Positions 54,243 through 64,000 of a stretch of DNA of 64,000 nucleotides are shown here, one piece after another. Position 1 is the stretch's first letter; each line of letters begins with the position of its first letter. The notes beneath the pieces were generated by a model. It did no database searches and was not told the origin of the DNA. It saw nothing but the letters and a program-made list of their open reading frames with translations. The position numbers and the translations under genes are program-made. Origin of the DNA: Ginglymostoma cirratum (lineage: Eukaryota); contig JAHRHZ010000144.1 in NCBI GenBank assembly GCA_024137785.1, positions 73,548,391 through 73,612,390 on the forward strand. Reading direction: 5' to 3'.

Positions 54243-55155
54243 ATTATTCATTCATAGGGCGTTGGCTTGGTTGACTGGAGCAGCAGGGCGGCATGGTTGC
54301 TCAGTGTTCCACTCTGCTGCCACACAGTGCCAGGGACCTAGGTTTGATTCTAGCCTTGGGCAACTTTCTGTGTAGAGTTTGCACATTCACCCTGTGTCTG
54401 CGTGGGTTTCTTCTGGGTGCTCTGGTTTCCACAGTCCAAAGATGTGCAAATTAGGTGGACTGGCCATGCTAAATTATTGTTAGTGTCCATAGATGTGCAG
54501 GCTGGGTGGATTAACCATGGGAAATGCAGGGTTATAGGAAAAGGGTAGGGGTGGGTCTCAGTGGGATGGTCTTCGGAAGAGCGGTGTGGGGGCTGAATGA
54601 CCTGCTTCCACAGTCTAGCATTTCTATGACTTATTGCCCATCCTTAGTTGCTGTTAAGAAGGGAGTTTCAGAATTTTAACCCAGCAACAGTGAAGGAATG
54701 GCAATATATTTCCAAGTCAGGATAGTGTGTGGCTTGGAGGGGAACTAGCAGATGGTGGTTGTGTTCCCATATACCTTTGTCCTTCTAGATGGTGCTGATC
54801 ATGAGCTTAGTGAGTCTTCGTGGGTTGTGGCAGTGTGTCTTATAGATGGTACATACTTCTGCTACTGAGAGTTGGTGGTAAAAGAACGTTTGTGAATGTT
54901 TGTGTGTGTGATATCAATTGATTGGGCTGCTTTGTCCCGGATGGGTGTCATGTTTTGAGTATTGTTTGAGCCAGAATCATCCAGGCAAGTGGGGACTATT
55001 CCATCATATTCTGGACTTGTGCCTTGTAGGTTGTGAACATCTTTGAGGAGTCAGGAGTTATGCAGTGCAGGATTTCTCACCTTTGAGCTGCTTTTGTAAC
55101 CAGACTACTTATACATCTCATCCAGTTTGCTTTATGATCAGTGATAACCCCCAAG
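54243..55155 (-). mobile_element. LINE 3' fragment (CR1/L2-like), interrupted by an HE1-like SINE
   Basis: Tail TTATTCATTCATAGGG...GCAGCA|TTATTGCCCATCC is the reverse complement of the tail of the SINE at 11180. Encodes a YKAQVQNMMEYSPLAWM-like remnant. Confidence 0.7.
54286..54630 (+). mobile_element. HE1-like (V-SINE) element, near full length
   Basis: GGGCGGCATGGTTGCTCAGTG (A box), GGTTTGATTC (B box), GAGTTTGCACATTCACCCTGTGTCTGCGTGGGTTTC...CCACAGTCCAAAGATGTGC (V domain) and a CR1-type tail GGGCTGAATGACCTGCTTCC. Confidence 0.88.
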
Positions 55156-55867
55156 TTTAAGCTGAAGCCTCACCAATTGGAACTAACACGTTCATTATTT
55201 ACATTTCAGGAAGCATGGGCTACCAAAACTAGCTTCATCAAAGAGGGGTTGAAATTAAAATTTTATTCTCCTTAGCATTCAACAATATTACCATTGCTGA
55301 ATCCTTCAATATAACCATATATTCCATTTATCTTTCTCAAAAAGGGACTTTCCATGTTGTCACTTGTTGAATCCAATTCAGGTTGATTTCAGCCCAATCC
55401 ACAAACATTGCTTCCTTACTTAGGTTGACCTTTTTTTCTGTGGTGGGTGCTATGTCTTCAAATTTTAAGGGTGTCATCACTCCTTCTTCTGGGGAGGCAC
55501 ATTCTGATACAAATAGGCTTATTCCACTCTCTACGTTCGCACTGCTCTTTCTTAAAATCCGTAGACTGCTGGATACCTCCTGCGTCTGGAGCGCACTGTT
55601 TGATCTTTTTATTTGATTATCCCAAATTTTACCCTTTAAATTGATTTTGTTTTTATTTTAATAACTTTTTGTTTAAAAAGTTGTATTGAGCACCTCTCTC
55701 TGAGATATTACTGCTGTTGTCCTCTTAAATGATGGAGTTGAACCGTTTTAATTTCATATTCCCATCAGCCTGTCTCAAAACATGACCTTTTCATTCTGTG
55801 CATATTATATTTCGGTTTCTCTGTCCATTACCTTCAACTATGTTTTACCTTGAGCTGTACTGAGCAA

Positions 55868-56065
55868 TAATAACAACTTGCATTTACAGCTTACCTTTCA
55901 TATCATGAAATATCCCAAGATGCTTCATCAGAGCCTTTCTAGATAAAATTTGATGCTGAGAATCTTGAGGGGATATTAGGATAGGTGATTAAAAACTTGC
56001 TCAAAGAGACAGATTTGAGAAATGGAGAGATGGATAAGTTTCGTGCGATATTTCAGAGTTTAGAG
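55868..56065 (-). mobile_element. L2-like LINE 3' tail, continuing after the hAT-like insertion to ~56580
   Basis: AACAACTTGCATTTACAGC...ATCCCAAGATGCTTCA is the reverse complement of an L2 3' end. Confidence 0.55.
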
Positions 56066-56500
56066 CAATGTTTTCCAAACTTTTCTGATGTGATCCAATT
56101 TTAATGGCTCAGACTTTGTGTGACCACAGGGAGGGTATTCATTTTAGCACTTGAGTGTTTGGCGGGGGCTTAGCTCCTGAGTGCTATGAGGGGAGGAAGC
56201 TATTTTACCTTCTTATCTGGCAGGGGAGAAAGTCAGTGTGGTGGGAATTGTTTAAATTGTTGAACTTATTTTAAAGAAAACAATATTTCCGCAGACATTT
56301 TTTTGCAGGAGCAATCTGGCTTCAAAAAATCTATTCGGCCACACCCACCATTAGGAAAAAGATGCTAGAATTTAAAAGGACTTCGCAGTTATTAGTATTC
56401 ATTCCAACTCCGTAAAAGCCATTGTTGCTTTGGAGCTCACAACCCCAAATTCCCATCTCCCGTATCACTCGGGACACAGCCCACAGTTTGGGAAGCTTCA
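56066..56500. mobile_element. Non-autonomous hAT (Charlie/MER5-like) DNA transposon
   Basis: Left end CAATGTTTTCCAAACT and right end AGTTTGGGAAGCTTCA form an imperfect TIR (11/16). The 8-bp flanks GTTTAGAG (56058-56065) and ATTTAGAG (56501-56508) fit an hAT TSD. Confidence 0.6.
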
Positions 56501-56644
56501 ATTTAGAGCCTAAGCATCTGGGAAGGACAGAATGGGAGTGCATGAAGGCAAAATTCAAAGAACATAGAATTCTCAAAGGATTCTGCAAAGTTAGGATCAC
56601 CAAAGCTAATTGAGAGTACAAGCTAAATACTTCATAACTCAATT

Positions 56645-57292
56645 TCATTGGGTCCTTAGGTTTATAAATAAAGGCATAGAGTAATAAAAGCAAGGAAATG
56701 ATGCTACATCTCCACAAATCATTGGTCAGACCACATTTGGAATATTATGTTCATTTCTGGGCACCTTATTTAAGGAAGAATGTTAAAGCCTTGGTGACAG
56801 TGCAAAGAAGATTTACAGGAATAATACTAGGAATGAGGGATTTTAGATGCAAGGAAAGATTAGAGAAGTTGTCTTATTGTCTTCAGAACAGAGAAGATTA
56901 AGAAGGTGACCTTATTGCAGTGTTCAAAATTATGAACAATTTTGACAGCGTAAAGAAGAATATTCTGTTTCCACCAGTTGGTATCTTAGTAACTAATGGT
57001 CACAATTTCAAATCTGTCAGCGAGAGAGCTAGGAGTGAGTTGAGGAGAAACTTCCTTACTCAGAGAATTGTTCGGATTTGGAATGTGATGCTTGGAAGAG
57101 AGGTGTAGATGAATTCTACAAGAGGTTTCAAAAGAGAGACGGATATATATTTTAAAGTGATGAATTTGGAGGCCTACAGAGATAGGGCTGGAGAATGGGA
57201 AGAGTTGGGTAGGTCTTTTGGGAGGCGATACAGATACAATGGGCTGAATGGCCTCCTTTTGTACTGTAAAACTCTATGATCCTATGATTCTA
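56645..57292 (+). mobile_element. CR1-clade LINE 3' fragment
   Basis: LHKSLVRPHLEYYVHFWAPYLRK and VFKIM..LRRNFLTQRIVRIWN remnants. Tail GGGCTGAATGGCCTCC...CTATGATCCTATGATTCT. Confidence 0.9.
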
Positions 57293-58402
57293 ATTCCCCA
57301 ATTTACACTTGCAGCTACAGCAAAGCTGTCAGAATTAAAGCCTCACACACATACTCTTGGTATGTCTCATGAACTACAGAGGTTCTGAGCAGTATCAGCT
57401 CAGTGAATTTTTCTCTTTCAGCAGTCTATCTATGTAGAAGAGGTCAGTTGTTTCTGCTACAAATGGAGGGGAAGCAATTCTAGAGTGCATAAAACAAAAC
57501 AGTAATACCTGAAAATGAATGCAGTGGCTATTGTGGAACTCCAGTATAAGATGTACAAGATGAGTCTGATCATTGTGTATCATTCAGAAGCTTTACTGTT
57601 TTGTTTCCTTCTGTGCAGGTAACTGCTCAGCTTTCAGCATCTGGTTGCTGTGGTAGGGCCAGAGGCTTGGCAGTAGAGTCCCAGCTTTGCATCTGTATTT
57701 GATAGCAACACGTGGATAGTAAAAATGAATACTAGAAAACATAAGTTAACCTACCCGCCCAGCTGTCTGTCAAATAAGGTATTTACTGCTGTGGCTATTT
57801 GAAGTTCTTGTGAATATTGTAAAGATTATTGTCATTTAAAGAATAAGTAATATCTTAACAATGGTAACACATTTTGTTATAAAACATGAAATAATGAAAA
57901 CTGGCATTTTTCGCAATTCACCTTATCCTGGTTCATTCGACAATGTACTCCCATTTTCTAACATTGTTAAGATATTTGTAAAGCCAATTGCTGCTTTAAA
58001 GAAATGACAGTTTAGAAACTAGTTGATTGTAACAATATCAGTCAGTTGACAAAATAAGGAAATGTTTACTATCTGATCTATATTACGTGCGATAACTTGT
58101 TTATCTCTACTTGTGCCTTGGCTTTTAAAAAACAGTGTGGCTTGACTGGAAAATGGTGTATCTGTCACACAAACATCTCTAACTACTCACTGGTAACATT
58201 ACACTTTCTGTCCTGTCAGGCGATTAGCCTAACTGGGGAAAGCAGTTAAGGTGGTATGGTATGATCTTCAAACAAGCCTATTGCCAAATGCCAATGGCTG
58301 TCATAGTTTCAATTTAATTCAAAGGCACTTGCTTGTATCTTACCAGGTTCCAGAGTGCATGTTTGCAGGTTCTACCATGCATTTAAACTCAACCTAATAA
58401 TA

Positions 58403-58780
58403 AAGGGGAAGATACTAAACAAGTATTTTGTGCCAGTGTTTACTGTGCAGAAGGAAATGGAAGTTAGAGTACGTGGGAAAATGAATAGCGACATCTTGAA
58501 AAATGTCCATATTACAGAGGAGGATGTGCTGAATGTCTTAAAACGCATAAGTGTGGATAAATCCCCAGGACCCAATTAGTAGGACCGATTAGGAATGGTC
58601 AACATGGCTTTGTGTGTGGGAAATTGTGTCTCACTAACTTGATTGAGTTTTTTTGAAGAAGTAACAAAAAGGATTGATGATGGCAGGGTGGTGAACATGA
58701 TCTATGTGGATATCTGGTTGGCACGGACAAGTTGGACTGAAGGGTCTGTTTCCGTGCTGTTTATCTCTTTGACTCTATAT
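58403..58780 (+). mobile_element. Internally deleted CR1-clade LINE
   Basis: ILNKYFVPVFT..VDKSPGP joins directly to QHGFVCGKLCLTNLIEF..MIYVD and then to the 3' tail GGACTGAAGGGTCTGTTTCCGTGCTG. Confidence 0.8.
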
Positions 58781-61700
58781 AGAACACAACATTATATCGA
58801 AATATGGCTTGGGAAAAACTGATCATGGAAAGGAGAGTGCGTGCTGTAAATTGGAAGAACTACAGACTGGCCTCATGAGTTGAAGCTGTGATCAAGGGAA
58901 GGTCAATGAATTGAGAAACCCTGAAATGAACATCAGATTGTATTAATTTGGACAATTTCACATTTGGGTATGTTTACCCTCATAATAAAATGGCAGTACC
59001 ATGCATTGAGGGATAAAAATGACTCTTTCTATGTGTATAATGCTGTTTGCATATCATAACCATATGTTTTCTAAAGCCAGAAGATGGCAGACAGATGTTT
59101 GACATCTGTACTTGGGCCACAGTGATATCGATTAAATTTTCGTAAATAGCAATAAATAAGCTGATATTGTGTGTGGATGCCGATTCCCAATTCCCAATGT
59201 ACAATCTTATGTTTCAATGATACAAAGAATACCTGTTCTCCCTGTTTGTTTCACTATGAAACTTATATTCAACAGATTACTTTTCTGTTCTCATGCTTTG
59301 AATAATCTGTCACAAGGCTTGGAGGGTGGAGTGAATGAGTAGCTTCAAACCCATGGCTTCCTCAGCCTTGCATGAGTCAGAAGTAAAAACAAATCTAGAA
59401 AATGTTGAATAGTTTCCTGATAAGGAGGGAAGGATATTGAAGGAACTTACCCTGGGCTGTTCACACACCATCTGAAACATCAAGAATCAGGAGGTGGCAA
59501 AGAGCACATGGATACTGAAACAAGAATAGGAAAGAAAATGCCTTGGAAAAAGAAGATAAATACATCTGCTGCATTGTTAGCATGTAATAATGCCGTTCAA
59601 ACTCACCTCCGCATCATTATAATTGCAGTAGACTGCTGAATTGTTAATATGCTACCAATTTAAAGTGAAGGTAAATCATGTAAAGACGCCTAGTTTTAAG
59701 TTGGAAATGTAATTTTGAACCTTTAATACAAATTGCTTGGATTTAAACGTGTTTTGTTTGGATCTTTATTTTGCCTTTTCCTTTGTTGAACAAGGAATTA
59801 GTGACACGGACATTTTTCTGATCACTTTGCAGAACAATCCTTTGTACCAGAATCTCTGGTGCATGAAGCTAAAATGCCATGTGGTACGTATAACAAAAGC
59901 ACCATCGAAATTTTAAAGATACAATCTATACTGATTTTTCCCAGTACCAGTGATGCTTGAGGTTCTGTGATCCAAGTCTAGAAAAATCAGCATTTGACTA
60001 TATGATCACAAGGATCCACAAAGATCCCTGGAACTTGGGAATACAGAATAGGTGCTTTCATATTGCGCATGGCATCTGCACTGACTAAATGTCCATTAGC
60101 CTGACTGCCGTCCTTCATAAAGGCTCATCTTCAAAACTTAATGGATTGAATCTTGTGCTTTTTGACATGGTCTGAATTGTATTGAATTTTTGGAGGGTAT
60201 GTTGCCACGAGGCCTTGTGAGTTTTCTTGCCATACCTTACCCAAATTGCTGTGTTAATTAAAAACCAAAACCCTATGTCTTCTCTCATGTCTGGTCCCAA
60301 CCCCATTTACCATGCACTGTTCCCAGATGAACTCACCCACCTGGTGGATAATTGCTAAAGACAGCATCCCTTGCGACTGTGCCATCTTTAAAAGGCCACC
60401 AAGCACCTGGGCAAGTGCTGCAATCCTGTCGCTAATGCCCATGTAGATCTGTAGCTTGACATTGTTAGTCGGGGAACTTACCACGCAGGCAAAAAATACA
60501 AACATGAACTTTTATTTAAAGACAGCAAAAGTAAATGCAAACAACCAATCGAGGCTGAGTTCATCTTGACAATGCAAGTCAGATTTCGCCCTCATGACCA
60601 GACACCATTTTACAGTGCATGAATGTCTTCTGCACTTATCTATTGGGAGCAGGATTCAATGAGGTTCAGCCTGTAGCATCTGATAGATTTGAACTCTTTC
60701 ATGGACTATCACAACTTCCTCCTTCCCAGAGTCCTCATTCTCCTCCTCAGAAGACTGCTTTGATTGCTCCAGTTCTCAACATCTAGCACATCACCTTGTT
60801 ACCTGCTCCAACACTACAGGGCACAGTATGGCAGGGCAATCTGACAGTCTCTGGAGTTACTGGACCATCCCTCCACTACTTCTCTGCTGCCACCCTCAGT
60901 AGGTCCAAGCAGTGGGATCTTACTTTCAATAGCCATGTGCTCTGATATGTCATGGCCCTGGTTGAGGCATGGGCAGCATTAAACCTCCACATCAGTCAAT
61001 AGGTTGCAGTGGATAGCCCTTATCCCTGGTGATCAGCCTTGTAAGGCGCCCGGACCCTGAAACACACTAGGTACACAAGAGCCCTGCAGAATGTACAAGG
61101 CAAAGCAGCTGCCAGGATAGTAGGCACACACCTCTAGAAAGTGGTATCAGACACATTTGGAATCAAACGGAAAGGACCCCTAGAATAGCTCAGGAAGCCT
61201 GAATGGAGACTCATTTCTGGGGTCTGCTTTATTTTTTTCTTCTAAAAAACTTGTTCAGAGATGATATAATAAATTTGACTTCCAGCTGGGCAGGCCATTA
61301 CCTGTTACCAAGGTAACTCATTCCCCATTCTCACAGCTCCACTGTGAGATTAATTAATGTTTCCACATGGGCCTTGTAGGGGTTATTATTGACCGCTTCT
61401 ATGGTATTGTGATACAGCCCACTTTGTGCCACATGTGTGCAGGTCATGACATCCTGCATCTGGGGGAGCCCACCTACATTTCTGCTGCAGTATTGACCCT
61501 ATCATGGGGAAATGAAATAAGCCAGTGTACCTTTGTGCAGATCACCTCGGTCACTGTTCTGTTGAATTATGAATTCATGACTGAAAGACCCTACACAGGT
61601 TACACACTGCTCCCTTGTAGGAGTCAGTTGCGTAGACATTCAGAGAGGTAGTAAACTTCACCACCAGCAGGTGAGGATGACCTCTACCCCTGCATCTCTT

Positions 61701-64000
61701 TTCATGCCTTCTTACTTCTTACAACCCATCTAAATCCATTCCTCCCATTCACTACCTTACCATACCAACTCACTGTGTAACCACAATGAGCAGACCTCTG
61801 GATGCATGCAATGAAAAGAAAGAATAAAGATTAATTAAACAATTTTTAGTGCCTGTTGCAAACTTCAAAATATTGAAAAAAACTCTTACATTCATAGGAT
61901 CCATTTCAATCCATTTACATTCCTTTAACTAAATAAATCCTTCTAGCAACCATTTCATTTAATCGTAAATCCCTTTTTGCAACATGTCTTAGTGTTCAAA
62001 GGACCACGTCAAAGTGTCTATAACCACTTGTAGTTATCAATCAAACTGGAAATGTAGCCAAACAGGTTTTCAGCTTGTAAATCCTTCTGATATGTTTATG
62101 GCAGGCAGTAAGGTGGTAGAGCTTCTTAATCAGCCATGTTTGATCCAGAATTGCATCTCTCAATCATGTGAAATACCTTGGAACATTGTACTACCTTCTT
62201 CAAATGCAAGTTGTCATTAAATGCGTCAATGGGTTATCATAAAACATAACAAAACAATATGTCTATTGAAATGAATTTGTTTATGCGATGAACATGCAAC
62301 ACAAATCTTTCCAAAAAGATTTTCCAAAAAGGGGGTTACATTCTGCAGAGATAACAAATATTTTACAGTTTTATGGTATCAGGAGTTTCTGGCTGATATC
62401 TTCAGCAAAACAGGTTTATGAAGATCCTGTCTCTGAGATCATTCAAACAATGTTTAGTGTTTTAAAAAAAGTAGTGCAGCCTCAACCTGTTCACTGATAG
62501 CTTTTACTTCACTAATCTCCTAATCTGGCTGCTCATTCAGCAGCAACGTACAGTGTTTTTATAAATAAGAATCTCAGGCCTGATGACACACCAGCTTTTA
62601 ATAAACAAATAAGTGGCATTTTGATCATACACCCCAAAAATAAGATTAAAAGAAACATGGATAAATGTTGCTCTTCAAAACCCAAAGTCTTTTAAGTCTT
62701 GGTCTTTGCTTTCTTTCCTTGCAAGATATCATCAGATCAGCTGATCCCCTTAAAGGGGCACTGTCACCTTAAAAAAAACTAGTTGCCCTTTGCTGATTTG
62801 CAAACAGGGCCGTGCATAGCAATGTGATGTTTGATGCAAAGAAGCAGTTGGGTCACAGACCACAGCTGCAGTTACACATAGACATTCTCAAGAGGTGAAT
62901 GAGGAAAATAAACTTTTTGGGGGATTTGTTTGAATCAATAGCAAGCCTGTTTATTTAATTTTTTAAGAAGAAGTCTGGAAAATTCCTTCATGATGAGTGA
63001 AATTTCAGTAAACCCAGAATTATTCAAACATTTAAGCTTTTGAATACAAACCAAAAAGAAAAAAAAACCACACACTTGAAACATTCACATGACAACAAAT
63101 TCAACATGGGTAAGAAATTACTGTTGTGGACCAACTTGCCAAATTTGCATCTGATTTAGTTTTTTAGTTATGTTGCAGGCTGTGGTTAGTTTGTAAATGC
63201 TCCAATATGGTAACAAATTCTCTTTAAGAACAGGTCCACAGACAGCAAGCCTGCATGGAGAAACAGCTAAACTCTATGGCATTTGCCTTGCTGGTCTAAT
63301 GGGTTCAGATGTACAACCTACAGTGTTTTGGTGTATGCAAGCAGTAAGCTCTCATTCAATTTATTTTAAACCTACACCCATGTATTTTCCTACTGTAATC
63401 TCCCACCATCAGTTTTCCTCCTCAACAGGATGGGTTTTGGACCATATTCTTTCCTCTGATAATCCCACTCTAACTGGCATCATGCATGCTGGTGGTCTGT
63501 AGTGGCTGATTTTCCACCTCTGCTCAGCATCTATTCAGTTCACTGGAGTGAGATTAGGAACATAACAACAAGGAGCTATAATATAGCCCAGCCACTGTCT
63601 ACCATTTCAAGATTCCAAATTTAGGTCTTTAGTTTAGAAAATGGAACTTACAGCAGCAAAAATAATATGGCAGTGAAAACCCTATGACTGGTTCCAGTTA
63701 TTACAGGGCTAAATGAAATAATAATGCTCTTTAATAATGGATGGCTTTGACTGGCCCTTTATCAAACCAGTATGGTTTACATGCACATTTACCTGGTTGA
63801 GTCCAGTATGGCCTCACATGGACTTTGTTCTGCATTTCAGTACTATTCAGCAGAAGGCCCTGTGCCAGCGAATGCTTTTATGCACTAGAGGAGCATCAAT
63901 TCAGTTGCACAATTGATTTGCTCCTGACAAAAAACGTTACAACCATGCTGGCCTTAGTAGCTTGGTCAAACTGATGATGTCAGCAAAGCCAGGCTACTGG

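Noticed and set aside
60030-61800. Possible second Harbinger-like remnant
   Set aside because: The composition suggests a decayed element, but I could not recover a diagnostic motif or TIR.

Overview
Vertebrate genomic DNA, very probably an elasmobranch (shark or ray), judged from HE1-like SINEs, CR1/HER1-like LINEs and DeuSINE remnants. The window holds the 5' end of ZEB2 (SIP1/ZFHX1B) on the minus strand. This comprises the promoter and non-coding exon 1 (~43415-42930), a 2.24-kb 5'-UTR intron, exon 2 with the first 73 coding nt ([24 protein letters not shown], 40616-40544; too short for the ORF track) and over 40 kb of intron 2. About 20 kb of upstream non-coding DNA follows. No other host gene is supported; the longer ORFs are decayed LINE ORF2 pieces or chance. 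I see no evidence of a new multi-gene system. The most interesting candidates are a palindromic retro-insertion with a 14-bp TSD and a hammerhead-ribozyme-like core, uORFs in the ZEB2 leader, candidate alternative 5' exons, a SINE nested head-to-head in its own family, a decayed ~34-bp tandem array, and a ~29-kb apparently transposon-free domain with CNE-like blocks. Comparisons with human sequence and repeat consensus sequences are from memory and need alignment to confirm.
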